Positions 36,195-49,551 of a stretch of 64,000 bases of DNA are shown piece after piece (positions within the stretch are counted from its first letter, which is position 1; every line of letters starts with the position of its first letter). Both the position numbers and the translations under genes were made by a program. Under the pieces are notes generated by a model. The model had not been told where the DNA came from, did no database searches, and saw only the letters and a list, made by a program, of their open reading frames with translations. Source of the DNA: Squalus acanthias (Eukaryota); contig CM059431.1 of assembly GCA_030390025.1 (NCBI GenBank), forward strand, positions 107,324,001-107,388,000, read 5' to 3'.

Positions 36195-37650
36195 ATGTTC
36201 CAGTACAGCTATAACCCTGGCGTCTATCCGACAATGTGGAAAACTGCCCAGGCATGTCCTGTCCACAAAAAGCAGGACAAATCCAACCCGGCCAATTACC
36301 TGCCCCATCAGTCTACTCTCAATCATCAGCAAAGTGATGGAAGGTATCATCGACAGTGCTATCAAGCGGCACTTACTCACCAATAACCTGCTCACTGATG
36401 CCCAGTTTGATTGCCGCCAAGACCACTCGGCTCCCAACCTCATTACAGTCTTGGTCCAAACATGGGCAAAGGAGCTGAATTCCAGAGGTGAGGTGAGAGT
36501 GACTGCCCTTGACATCAAGGCAGCATTTGACCGAGTGTGGCATCAAAGAGCTCTAGTAAAACTGAAGTCAATGGGAATCGGGGAGAAAATTGTTCCCTGG
36601 CAGGAGTCATACCTAGCACAAAGGAAGATGGTTGTGGTGATTGAAGGTCAATCATCACAGCCCCAGGACATTGCTGCAGGATTTCCTCAGGGCAGTGTCC
36701 TAGGCCCAACCATCTTCAGCTGCTTCATCAATGACCTTCCCTCCAACATAAGGTCAGAAATGGGGATGTTCGCTGATGACTGCATAGTGTTCAGTGCCAT
36801 TCACAACTCCTCAGCTAATGAAGCAGTCCATGCCTGCATGTAACAAGACCTGGACGACGTTCAGGCTTGGGCTGATAAGTGGCAGGTAACATTCGCGCCA
36901 CAGAAGTGCCAGGCAATGACTATCTCCAACAAGCGAGAGTCTAATCACCGCCCCTTGACATTCAATGGCATTACCATCGCCGAATCCCCCACCATCAACA
37001 TCCTGGGGGTCACCATTGACCAGAAACTTAACTGGACCAGCCACATAAATACTGTGGCAACAAGAGCAGGTCAGAGGCTAGGTATTCTGCGGTGAGTGTC
37101 TCAGCTCCTGACTCCCCAAAGCCTATCTACCATCTATAAGGCACAAATAAGGAGTGTGACGGAATACTCTCCACTTGCCTGGATGAGTGCAGCTCCAACA
37201 ACACTCAAGAAGCTCGACACCATCCAGGACAAAGCAGCCCGCTTGATTGGCACCCCATCCACCACCTTAAACATTCACTCCCTCCACCACCGGCGTACCG
37301 TGGCTGCAGTGTCTACCATCTACAAGTCTTCTTCGGCAGCACCTCCCAAAACAGCGACCTCTTCCATCTAGGGCAGCAGGCACATGGGAACACCACCACC
37401 TCCAAGTTCCCCTCCAAGTCACACACCATCCTGACTTAGAAGTATATCGCCAATCTTTCATCATCGCTGGGTCAAAATCCTGGAACTCTCTATCTAACAG
37501 CACTGTGGGAGTACCTTCACCACACGGAAGGCAGCGGTACAAGAAGGTGGCTCACCACCACCACCACCACCACCTTCTCGAGGGCAATTAGGAATGGGCA
37601 ATAAATGCTGGCCTTACCAGCGACGCCCACATCCCATAAACGCATTTTAA
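36195..37650 (+). mobile_element. CR1/L2-group LINE, 5'-truncated, disrupted RT
   Basis: ORF 36334..36843 'ALDIKAAFDRVWH...GFPQGSVLGPTIFSCFINDL...FADD'. In-frame stops downstream. 3' UTR ends near 37645. Confidence 0.92.
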
Positions 37651-37736
37651 AAAATTCCAACACTGTAATGTTACCATTATATGTATTTGAGTTTGCCCAT
37701 TATTCTCTCCTGTGATTCTCAACGTAACCAGAATAA

Positions 37737-38004
37737 GGGCCCCGATTTTAAATTCAGGTGGATTTCTCACTCAGGCCTAAGTTAAAATCACAGTTGGGTC
37801 TGAATGATGTCATCGGGCCGCAACATGCCTGTGTAAAGAAGGACCCTGTCGGCTCCAGGTGCATGTCCTTGCTGCCTGCTCAGGAGAGCAGATTAAAATT
37901 GCAGATGTTGCGATCATGGCAGCTTTCGGACAGGTAAGAGCCAGGGCGATTTTAACTGCCCACCCACCAGGTTTCTGCTGAGCAAGTAGGGTTAAAATCG
38001 CCCT
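37737..38004. mobile_element. Short degenerate Harbinger-type MITE cluster
   Basis: Repeated CGATTTTAA / TTAAAATC TIR-like words at about 37743, 37782, 37947 and 37992. Confidence 0.55.
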
Positions 38005-38016
38005 TTGAGACTGTAA

Positions 38017-38768
38017 GGGCTGGATTTTGAATGACCCATGGAGTCGGGTTTGGAGGCATGTGGGGGGTTAAATTTGCGGGGTCGGGGTTTCCGACCCCAT
38101 CCCGACTCCATCCCGCCTCCACGCAATTTTGACAAAATCAGTCGCGGGGTTCCCGACTCCGTCCCGCCTCCAAGAGGCGGGAGAGGCCATTAAAGCACTT
38201 AACAAGCCCTAAATTGGGTCTGTAATGCTATTTTGAAACATTGTAGCTAGTTTAACCCTTTTCTGATGTGAACCACGCCTGGTGTGAAACACTCCAGTGA
38301 AACCTGGCGGGAGCACAAATGGATAGCTGACTATCAGCTGCAGGTCCACTATTACAACAGAGATGTGATGAAGGTAGTAGTAGTATTAGGTGTGAAAGTC
38401 GCCTCTGATACTGCTACATTCAATGTCATGGCATTTGGTGTAAGAGAACTTGGATGCAAAAAAATCTCTCTCTCTCTCTCATATATATATTTGCATCCAG
38501 GTCCAGTCACATCAGAAGCAATGCAGACAGGTCCTCTCTCACCAGTAGCCAGACAATCTCTGAGAGCAGGCAGGCAGCAATGATGACATCATCAGACGCG
38601 GGTTTCAGACTGAAACCACTAATTAGTTCATGGGTTCCCACATGCTGCAACTCAATTGCCCAATTAAGTGAAAATTGCATCAGGCATCCACATTAATCTG
38701 GAGTCGGGAGGGAAACACGAAATGTGGATTACACGACCCCAACCCGACCCCAAGACAAAATCCAGCCC
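38017..38768. mobile_element. PIF/Harbinger-type MITE
   Basis: Perfect 13-bp TIR GGGCTGGATTTTG / CAAAATCCAGCCC with TAA TSD. Confidence 0.93.
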
Positions 38769-39419
38769 TAAATGTTCGACCTCCTTTGTTTAGGAAGTGT
38801 GTCCCTATGTGGACGTCCTCTGGATGTGAGGAAGATAACTGTTGCGGCCACATTATTATACTTAAGATACACTTTGTCAGCCTTTCAAGTCCATAGAGTG
38901 TTAGGAGCATTAAACTCTCTTTTGTGTCAACATTCTGAATAATATGACTTGTTTACAATATTCCTGCATATTTTTAATACTTTCCCCCAAACAGATTCAA
39001 ATATTCTATAATTTCACTGAATACTTTCTTGCCTTCAGTAAATTATCTCTTAAGGGCTTTTGGAAATGGAAAATGCTAGTGTATGTTGCTAAAATATTTA
39101 TATGAAGTAGTTATGTTTAACTGCTTTTCTCTGTCAGACATGACGTGTGTCACCTCTGTCTGTTGTTTTATCCTCCTACACAGAACCATTACAAAATGTC
39201 TGACTGGTGATGTTGTTATCAAAAGCACCAGTGCTGTATATCAGAACAGAAGCAGGAACAGATGGAAGGCAGAGATTTGTTTGCCCATTGCTCACATCTG
39301 TCTCTATGTTGATGACAAAGGTTTTGAAAAAAAAAAGTATGAAAAAAAAATGAAGGCTTACACTTTTATCCACATCTCCAATTATATTGTGAGGCATGCA
39401 ATCCACATTCCTTCAATAT

Positions 39420-41440
39420 CCGTTCCATCACCAAGACCACCCACTTCTACCTCCGTAATATCACCATCTCCACCCCTGCCTCAGCCCATCTGCTGCTGAA
39501 ACCCTCATCCATGCTTTTGTTACCTTCAGACTCGACTGTTCCAAATCTATCCTGGCCAGTCACCCATCTTCCATCTTCCGTAAACTTCTGCTCATCCAAA
39601 ACTCTACTGCCCTTTTCCTGATGCGCGGCAAGTCCCGTTCACCCATCACCCCCTGTGCTTGCTGACCTACATTAGCTGCTGGTCCGGCAACGCCTCGATT
39701 GTACAATTCTCATCCTTGTGTTCAAAATCGCTCTATGACCTGGCCCCTCCCTGTCTCTGTAACCTCCTCCAGCCTTATAACCCTCCGAGAACTCTGCCTT
39801 CTTCCAATTCTGGTCTCGTGTGCATCCCCAATTTCCATCGCCCCCCTCCATGGGCGCCCGTGCCTTCAGCTATCCAGGCCCTAAGCTCTGGAATTCCCTG
39901 CCTAAACCTCTCTGCCTATTTATCTCTCTCCTCCTTTAACAACAACAATAACTTGCATTTATACAGCACCTTTAACAAAGTAAAACATCCCAAGGCACTT
40001 CACAGGAGCATTATCAAACAAAATTTGACACCGAGCCATATAAGGAGATATTAGGGCAGATGACCAAAAGCTTGGTCAAAGAGGTAGGTTTTAAGGAGCA
40101 TCTTAAAGCAGGAAAGAGAGGTAGAGAGGTGGAAAGGTTTAGGGAGGGAATTCCAGAGCTTAGGTCCTCAGCAGCTGAAGGCACGGCCGCCAATAGTGGA
40201 GCGATTAAAATCAGAGATGTGGAAGAGGCCAGAATTGGAGGAGCGCAGATATCTCGGAGGGCTGGAGGGCTGGAGGAGGTTACAGAGATAGGGAGGCGTG
40301 AGGCCATGGAGGGATTTGAAAACAACAACAACAACCACAACAACTTCTATTTATATAGCGCCTTAAACGTAGTAAAACGTCCCAAGGTGCTTCACAGCAG
40401 TATTATAAGACATAAAATTTGACACTGAGCCACATAAGGAGAAATTAGGGCAGATGACCTAAAGCTTGGTCAAAGAGGTAGGTTTTAAGGAGAGACTTAA
40501 AGGAGGAAAGAGAGGTAGAGAGGCAGAAAGGTTTAGGCAGGGAATTCCAGAGCTTACACCTAGGCAACAGAAGGCACGGCCACCAATGGTTGAGCGATTA
40601 TAATCAGGGATGCTCAAGAGGGCAGAATTAGAGGAGCGCAGATATCTCGGGGGTTTGTGGGGTTGAAGAGATTACAGAGATAGGGAGGGGGCGAGGCCAT
40701 GGAGGGATTTGAAAACAAGGATGAGAATTTTGAAATTGAGGCGTTGCTTAACCAGGAGCCAATGTAGGTCATCGAGCACAGGGGTGATGGGTGAATGGGA
40801 CTTGGTATGAGTTAGGACACAGGCAGCCGAGTTTTCGATGACCACAAGTTTACGTAGGTTAGAATATGGGAGGCCAGCCAGGAGTGTGTTGGAATAGTCA
40901 AGCCTAGAAGTAACAAAGGCATGGATGAGGGTTTCAGCAGCGGATGAGCTAAGGCAAGGGCGGAGACGAGCGATGTTACGGAGGTGGAAATAGGCGGTCT
41001 TAGTTATGCCACAGATACGTGGTCGGAAGCTCATTTCAGAGTCAATTATGGCACCAATGTTGCGAGCAGTGTGGTTCAGCCTCTGACAGATGTTAGGGAG
41101 AGGGAGGAGAATTTTAAAATCGAGGCATTGCACAACCGGGAGCCAGCGAGCACAGGGGTGATGGGTGAACGGGACTTGGTGCGAGTTAGGACATGGGCAG
41201 CAGAGTTTTGGATGACCTTAAGTTTATGGAGGGTGGAAGATGGGAAGCTGGCCAGGTCTAGAGGTAACAAAGGCTTAAGAAGTTCCTTAAAACCTACCTC
41301 TTTGACAAAGCTTTTGATCACCTGCCCTAATGTCTCCTTATGTTGCCAGAGGTCATATCTTGTTTGATAACCACTCCTGTGAGGCGCCTTGGGACGTTTT
41401 ACTTTGTTAAAGGTGCTATATAAATAAAAGTTGTTGCTGG
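39420..41440. mobile_element. Cluster of about five L2 LINE 3' fragments in mixed orientation
   Basis: ORF 40672..41133 '[39 protein letters not shown]...PITPVLDDLHWL' (L2 ORF2). (CAA)n tails at about 39940 and 40320. Confidence 0.88.
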
Positions 41441-42181
41441 ATGCCATCAACTTCAAATTTGACAAAAATGCTACAACCTAAAATTTAGCATTCAGTGTTG
41501 GGGGAATGGAAATTATAAAAGACAGAAATTGAAAACTCTTAACACTTTATTCTAATAAGGGCAATTATAAAGGTGATTATAATTAATAATTGTATTAACA
41601 CTCCTAATTTATTTAGTTTCACACAAACAAAGCCAAACCCTGAGAGAATCATTCTCAACCGCGTGCTTGGGGTAACAATGTCGATTCAGAATTATTTGGA
41701 TTGTTGAAATTTTGGAGAGTGATGTTCTGGAGGATATATTCTAAAGACTCATGAAATGAGAGGTCTGACCTATTAAAACATGAGTGATGACGTCGGTTTT
41801 ATATTATGTGTAAAAACAATTATAAAAAGCATTTTAGTTGTAATTATTTTATTAGATGTGTTCAATGGGCCATTATATTCCTTGTGGGTTGCAGATTTGT
41901 TCCAGTGACTTGTTGATCTGTCACTCTGTAAGGCCTGATTCAGAATGTAAATGCGTTGAACATTCTTTCACAGCATTGTGTTTCTGAACTTTAGAAAAAT
42001 GACAGAACATAAGAACATAAGAAATAGGAGCAGGAGTAGGCCACACGGCCCCTCGAGCCTGCTCCGCCATTCAACAAGATCATGGCTGATCTTCTACCTC
42101 AACTTCCACTTTCCCGCCTGGTCCCCATATCCCTTGATTCCCTTAGTGTTCAAAAATCTATCCATCTCATTCTTGATTATA

Positions 42182-42862
42182 ATAGCAAAATACTGCGGAT
42201 GCTGGAAATCTGAAATAACAACAGGAAATGCTGGAAACACTCAGCAGGTCAGGCAGCATCCGTGGAGAGAGAAACTGAGTCAATGTTTCGGGTCTGTGAC
42301 CCTTCGTCAGAACTGGAAAAAGTTAGAGATGGTAACAGGTTTTTAGCAGGTGCAGAGGCAGGAAAAGGCGGGGAGGGGAGGAAAGAACAAAAGGGACGGT
42401 CTGTGACAGGGTGGAAGGCAGGAGTGGTTAAATGTTGAAAATGGGGATGGGAGAATCATCAACAATTGCCACCTGAAAAAATAGGGGCAGAGGTTATGGT
42501 CTGAAATTGTTGAACTCGATGTTGAGTCCAGAAGGCTGTAAAGTGCCTAATAGAAAGATGAGTTCAATAATTTCAGACCATAGCCTCTGCCCCTATTTTT
42601 TCAGGCGGCAGCTGTTGATGATTCTGCCATCCCCATTTGCAACATTAACCTCTCCTGCCTTCCACCCTAGCACAGACCGTCCCTTTTGTTCATTCCTCCT
42701 CTCCCCGCTTTTCCTGCCTCTGCACCTGCTTAAAAACCTGTTACATCTCTAACTTCTTTCCAGTTCTGACAAAGGGTCACAGACCTGAAACTTTAACTTT
42801 GTTTCTCTCTCCACAGATGCTGCCTGCCCTGCTGAGTGTTTCCAGCATTTCCTGTTGTTATT
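42182..42862. mobile_element. Penelope-like element 3' fragment with inverted pLTR
   Basis: Minus 42562-42494 encodes LIFLLGTLQPSGLNIEFNNFRP*, typical of the C-terminus after the Penelope GIY-YIG domain. Inverted arms of about 300 bp. 15-bp TSD TCATTCTTGATTATA (42167-81, 42863-77). Confidence 0.9.
42278..42316 (-). ncRNA. Minimal type I hammerhead ribozyme motif in the Penelope pLTR
   Basis: Minus strand: CCAGTT CTGACGA A GGGTC-ACA-GACCC GAAAC ATT GACT. This gives CUGANGA and GAAA cores, a 5-bp helix II and a short AGUU/GACU helix I. Confidence 0.7.
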
Positions 42863-43163
42863 TCATTCTTGATTATACTCAGCGACTGAGCATCCACAGC
42901 CCTTTGGGGTAGAGAATTTCAAAGATTCACAACCCTCCGAGTGAAGAAATTTCTCCTTATCTCAGTCCTAAATGGCCGACCCCTTATCCTGAGACTGTGA
43001 CCCCTAGTTCTAGACTCTCCAACCAAGGTAAATAACCTCTCAACATCTACCCTGTCAAGCCCTCTAAGAATTTTATACATTTCAATGAGATCACCTCTCA
43101 TTCTTCTAAACTCCAGAGAATATAGGCCCATTCTATTCAAACTCTCCACAAGCGACAACCCTC

Positions 43164-44796
43164 TGTAAAGTTTCGCAATTATCGCGATTCAAAATAACAC
43201 AGAGAGAAGCAGATTCGTTTGATCAGTTTTATTAAACAAAATGCTGTCATGATTATAAAGGACACAGAAGCCTGTAAAATGGCCGCCGCGCATTGTGGCA
43301 GAAGCTTCCAGAAATACAGTGGGCAGACAAGATGGCGTCGAATAAACACTCAATATAAGATTGGATCATACTCGATAAACACTGATAAAGACAGGATGCA
43401 ACCCGTTTGCATTTGAAACAATAGCAAAGATATAAGTGCTGGAATCGTTTTCCATGCACAAGTAAGGACCATTGTACTGGGCAATCGAAGGCCCATCCAG
43501 ACACATCAATACACAAATACCCCCACGGCTCTACAATGAGAGAGACATCGACGGGTGATTAAGCAAGTATTCGGGGGGCCCACAAAACCAGTCAGGGAGA
43601 CGATTCATACAATCCTGGCTGGGTCAACAATGGGGAAAACATTAACGGGTATTTGGCCAGTTTCAGGTGCTACCGAAACCCGTTAAAGAGAAGAATCGCC
43701 CCATGCTGGGAGTTTTGAGCGCCAATATTACACAAAGGACAAACATTAAGATTTGGGCAGGAGATAAGCAGACACAGCACTATAACTATAGTGAACAAAT
43801 GTCCATCACTCTCTTATTCTCTTATTCTGATCCTTGGGCATCGCTCTGCTGGACGAGCAGCCTTCTGTGTTTCTCTGGACTTTGTTGACTCTTGACTTTT
43901 AGCCGTACTGGTCGGTTATTCGAATGTTGGGTGGAGCTCAATCAGAACGAGCCGCCCCGACAAGGGCAAGTAGCAGGGTGCACCATCCCAAGTGTCGGTA
44001 AACGGTGTCTGGACCCGGAGGCCCGAAGAGACGAGACGAGATGACAAGAAAAGAAGAAGAATTCACGTGCCGCCACGGTCAGTAAACCCCGACCGCGCCC
44101 GAACATATAATAAAGAACTCTTCATTGAAATCTACCGACAACCGATGTCGGGAACAGGAAGACTATTCTTTGAATTTTACAACTGTGTCCGAGTTCTGCC
44201 GAGTTCTTCATGACAACAGGGAGTCTGGCCTGCTTGTCGCAGCAGCGAAGATAAACAAGTAGGGTACAGAGACCCTTGCAAACACGTGACAGTCAGGCGC
44301 TGCAGCAAAACGAGCCGAGTGCCTCACTTTAAAATTCTCCGAAGTAACACGAGTGGTGAGCATGTTTCCCGATCCTACAAATCTAGATGTAGTGTAGGTA
44401 TTGTTAAGGGAGGGTGGTTATTAAGGTTAAAGTATAATGTGTTCCCCTTTTTACGATGTGCCGTGCGTTCTTCATTTCCATAGACCAAGCTTTATGAATG
44501 TATGTATACTTGTACTCTCGTTAATTTGCGTCTATGACATGTACTTCATGATTTTGGACGCTATGCAATAAAGATTTCCATTTCGTACTATTCAACCGAG
44601 TCTATTTGAGTTTTCTCTGCATTACTGCTCCCTGCACCTAAGTCCAGTGTTAGAACTGTAAGGGCGAGTGCGTCAAACCACTCACAGGTGCTTATTGCAA
44701 TAAGGCTGGCCGGAGACCAGAGCAAGCAATAGTATTAGGCAACGAAGGCCTAACCTCGCACCAGCACCGTCTGAGACACAGGCACAAACCCTAACA
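43164..44796 (+). mobile_element. Solo LTR (subfamily 2), 1633 bp
   Basis: TGTAAAG ... CTAACA. Exact CCTC TSD (43160-63, 44797-800). AATAAA at 44567. Homologous to the reverse complement of 62084-63743. Confidence 0.9.
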
Positions 44797-44804
44797 CCTC
44801 TCAT

Positions 44805-47584
44805 AGAAACATAGAATATAGGAGCAGGAGTAGGCCATTCGGCCCCTCGAGCCTGTTCCGCCATTTAATGAGATCATGGCTCATCATCCAAATTCAGTAC
44901 CCTGTCCCTGCCTTTTCCCCATATCCCTTGATCCCTTTAGCCTTAAGAAATATATCTAACTCCTTCTTCAATATATTTAATGAATTGGCCTCAACTGCCT
45001 TGTGTGGTAGAGAATTCCACAGGTTCACCAGTCTCTGGGTGAAGAAATTCCTCCTCATCTCAGTCCTAAATGGCTTACCCCTTATCCTTAGACTGTGACC
45101 CCTGATTCTGGACTCCCCCACCATCGGGAACATCCTTCCTGCATCTAGTCTGTCTAGTCCTGTTAGAATTTTATAAGTTTCAATGAGATCCCCTCTCATT
45201 CTTCTAAACTCCAGCAAGTATAAGTCTAATCGACCCAATCTCTCCTCATACGTCATTCCTGCCATCCCAGGTATCAGTCTGGTGAATCTTCGCTGCACTC
45301 CCTCCATGACAAGAATATCCTTCCTCAGATAAGGCGACCAAAACTGCACACAATACTCAAGGTGTGGTCTCACCAAGGCCTGTACAACTGCAGCAAGACA
45401 TCCTTGCTCCTGTACTCGAATCCTCTCGCTATGAAGGGCAACATAACAGTTGCCTTCTTAACCGACTGCTGCACCTGCATGCTTACCTTCAGCAACTGGT
45501 GCACAAGGACACCCAGGTCTCGTTGCACTTCCCCTTTTCCCAATCTATCGCCGCTCAGATAATAATCTGTCTTCCTGTTTTTGCCACCGAAGTGGATAAC
45601 CTCGCATTTATCCACATTATACTGCATTTGCCATGCATCTGCCCAATCACCCAACCTGTCCAAATCATACTGGAGTTTCTCTGCATCCTCCTCACAGCAC
45701 ACACGCCAACCCAGCTTTGTGTCGTCTGCAAACTTGGAGATATTACATCTAGTTCCCTCGTCTAGATCATTTATATATATTGTGAATAGCTGGGGTCCGA
45801 GCACCGATCCCTGCGGTACCCCACTAGTCACTGCCTGCCACTCGGAAAAAGACCCGTTTATTCCAACTCTTTGCTTCCTGTCTGCCAACCAGTTCTCTAT
45901 CCAAGACAGTACCTTACCCCCAATCCCATGTGCTTTAACTTTGCACGCTAATCTCTTATGCGGGACCTTATCGAAAGCCTTCTGAAAGTCCAAATACACC
46001 ACATGCACTGGTTCTCCCTTATCTATTCTACCAGTTACATCCTCAAAAAATTCCAGTAGATTAGTCAAGCATGATTTACCTTTTGTTTTCCAAGTGCTTT
46101 GCTATTACATCTTTAATAATGGACTCTAGCATTTTCCCTACTACCGATGTGAGGCTTATCGGTCTATAATTCCCCGTTTTCACTCTACCACCTTTTTTAA
46201 ATAGTGGGGTTACATTAGCTATCCTCCAATCCATGGGAACTGTTCCAGAGTCTATAGAATTTTGGAAGATGACCAGCAATGCATCTACTATTTCTAGGGC
46301 CACTTCCTTAAGTACCCGAGGATGTAGATTATCAGGCCCTGGGGATTTATCGGCCTTCTATTCCATCAATTTCCTTAACACCATTTCCCTACAAATACTG
46401 ATTTCATTCAATTCCTCCCTCTCATTAGACGCTATGTTCCCCGACATCTCTGGGAGTTTATTTGTGTACTCCTTTGTGAAGACAGAACCAAAGTATGTAT
46501 TTAATTGGTCTGCCGGTTCTTTGTTCCCCATTATAAATTCCCTGATTCTGAGTGCAAGGGACCTACCCTTGACTTCACCAATCATTTTCTCTTCACATAT
46601 CGATAGAAGCTTTTACAGTCAGTTTTTATGTTCCCTGAAAGCTTACTCTCATAATCTATTTTCCCCCTCTTAATTAATCCCTTTGTCCTCCTTTGCTGAA
46701 TCCTAAACTGCTCCCAATCCTCAGGTTTGCTGCTTTTTCTGGCCAAATTATATGTCCTCTCCTTGGATCTTATGCTATCCCTAATTTTCCTTGTTAGCCA
46801 CGGTTGTGTCACCTTTTTTGTTTTATTTTTATGCCAAACAGGGATGAGCAAATTCTGTAGTTCATCCATGCGATCTTTAAATGTTTGCCATTGCCTATCC
46901 ACCATCAACCCTTTAAGTAACATTCCCCAATCCATCCTAGCCAACTCGTGCCTCATACCATCGTAGTTTCCTTTATTTAAATTCAGGACCCTAGTCTCTG
47001 AGTCAATTACTTCACTCTCCATCTTAATGAAGAATTCTATCATATTATGATCGCTCCTCCCCAAGGGGCCTCGCACAACAAGATTGCTAATTAATCCTTT
47101 CTCATTACATAATACCCAGTCTAAGACGGCCTGATCTCTAGTTGGTTCCTTGACATATTGGTCCAGGAAACCATCCCGTATACACTCTAGGAATTCCTCC
47201 TCCACAGTATTGTTACTAATTTGGTTAGCCCAATCTATATGTAGATTAAAGTCACCCATGATAACTGCTGTGCCCTTATTGCACGTGTCTCTAATTTCCC
47301 GTTTAATGCCATCCCCAAACTCAGCATTACTGTTTGGGGGTCTGTATACAACTCCCACTAATGTTTTCTGCCCCTTGGTATTTCTCAGCTCTGCCCATAC
47401 AGATTCCACATCATCAGAGCTAATATCCTTCCTTACTATTGTGTTAATCTCCTCTTTAACCAGCAATGCTACCCCACCTCCTTTTTGTTTTTTCCTGTCC
47501 TTCCTGAATATTGAATACCCCTGGATTTTGAATTCCCAATCTTGGTCACCCTGGAGCCATGTCTCCGTAATCCCAAATATATCA
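44805..47584 (-). mobile_element. CR1 LINE, about 2.8 kb, most of ORF2 (EN+RT) with frameshifts
   Basis: ORFs 46582..47466 (EN: VGVVYRPP, IMGDFN, SDHN), 46076..46303, 45370..46068 (RT: YLDFQKAFDKVPH, SGVPQGSVLGP, FADD) and 44894..45376. TCTCAT TSD (44799-804, 47585-90). Confidence 0.96.
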
Positions 47585-48059
47585 TCTCATCCCAGGAATC
47601 AATCTAGTCAACCTTCATTGCACCGTCTCCAAGGCAAATATATCCTTCCTTAGGTAAGCCGACCAAAACTGAACACAGTACTCCAGGTTGGGTCTCACCA
47701 AAGCCCTACATAATTGCAGCAAGTCTTCCTTACTCTTATACTCCAACCCCCTTGCAATAAAGGCTAACATACCACTTGCCTTCCTGATTGCTTGCTGTAC
47801 ATCAACTTTGTAAATGTAGAAATGTTCAAGGATTCAGAAGATGATGTGATGATTTTGTATTAATGAAATATAGCATCATCATTCGTGGTACAAAACATTG
47901 TTGTAATTTTTCAGTTGAGTTCTGTGTGGGGGAGGTGAGGTTTGTTGCGGGGACAGCACTTGTACCTCTCATGAAGGGGGAAGTGAAAACATAAGGGAAT
48001 TAGGCACCTACAAGATGCCTATTTCAAGCAATCAGTGCAGACACCACAAAGCTTGGAAT

Positions 48060-48410
48060 ATATGGAGTTTTGATGGAGTAGATAGGGAGAATCTGTTTTC
48101 ACTGGCAGGAGGGTCAGTAACCAGAGGTCACAGATTTAAGGTAATTTTCAAAGAAGCCAGGGGGAAGATGAGGAGAATTTTTTTTGCACAGCAAGTTGTT
48201 ATGATCTGGAATGCACTGTCTGAAAGGGCGGTGGGAGCAGATTCAACAGTAACATTCAAAAGGGAATTGGATATATAATTAGAAAGGAAAAGCAATGCAG
48301 GGTTATGGAGAAAGAAAAGGGGGAAGAGGGACTAATCGGACAGCTCTTTCAAAGAGCTGGCACAGGCGTGATGGGCCCAATGGCCTCCTTCTGTGCTGTA
48401 TGATTCTATC
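48060..48410 (+). mobile_element. CR1 LINE 3' fragment
   Basis: 'DRENLFSLAGGSVTRGHRFKVI...IWNALSERAV...FKRELD'. Confidence 0.85.
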
Positions 48411-49551
48411 CATGTAGTTGCTCTTTAAGATCTTGAAATAAACTTCCATAGCTGCCAATGTGCTTAAAGTACCTGGAATACATTTTAAAACCTGTTTCTG
48501 AGCAATGTGTATAGATCATTATGCCTGTCACTTGTACACTGCACGCCATGCAAACGCTGACACAGCTATGTGTGTCGCCTGAGTGTCATATGGGAGCTGT
48601 ACTCAATTTGTACTGGCGATATACATCGTTTGTCCAGGAGCTATTTCCATTGACACATCTGCTGTGCCTATCACAAATGTCAGATAAATGAATACGGGCT
48701 TTTCTGTCTGCAAATCCATTCATCCTTTCCTTAAGTATTGGCTGCTGTGTTATGGTGGGCACACAGTTTAATCAGTCCACAGCGGCCATGCACATGAGGC
48801 ACGTACAAGCCATATGGTGGCAGGCATAAATAAAGTGCCAATGCGTAGAGTATTGAACTGAAAAATAAAAAATAGAAATTCTGCACATGTCGTCACTTCT
48901 GCAAAACAGGACTAAACCTTTTATAAATTAAGGGTGACCTAGTAGATCCTGCCCTTTCCAGTGCTGAGATGTAGCGTTTCACAATCTTAAGGCGACCTCC
49001 TTGTTTGGGCTATGCAAAGGATGAACAGCATGACAAAACAGCAGCCAGACTGAGTGCTGCTAGTCTTGTACTGTGGCAATATGCAGCATCAGTACAGTTG
49101 AATAGGCGAACATGGTTTCAATTGACTTTGGCTTGCCTTGTGACCCGTATGCACCTAAATAATAAGAGATGTTATTGGTCAGTTAGCATAGCAGAGACTA
49201 CGTTAGTAGCTAAGTCTATTGTCTGTTGCAGCCTAATCCGCCAATGTCAATTAAATTAGAATTACTACATGTCAAAAATGGTAGTAAAATAAAAAGAGGG
49301 CTGGTACCAGCACCAACAGCTGCTACAAGCACAAAAGCAGACTCAATACTGAATAAATCCCCAAGGGAAAAGAACAAAATAGGTTATGAAAAATAATGGG
49401 TACAAGGGAGTGATCTAATCTCAGGATTCAGATTCTGGTCATAAACTACGCCGGCATTGCTCTCTCTGATTATACTACTATCCTATCATCACTCCCAGCT
49501 ACCTGTTAATCTCTATTTAACTCCTTGTGTGCTGAAGCAGAAATTCAACAT

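Larger units (their letters stand above)
42003..47800 (-). mobile_element. Host CR1 3' fragment broken into pieces by three insertions
   Basis: Pieces 42003-42181, 42863-43163 and 47585-47800 are colinear CR1 sequence. ORF 42919..43158. Confidence 0.85.

Noticed and set aside
39083..39499. 138-aa ORF, or a candidate exon at 39184-39320
   Set aside because: Weak donor (GTTTTG), no recognisable homology, and the 3' part runs into L2 sequence.
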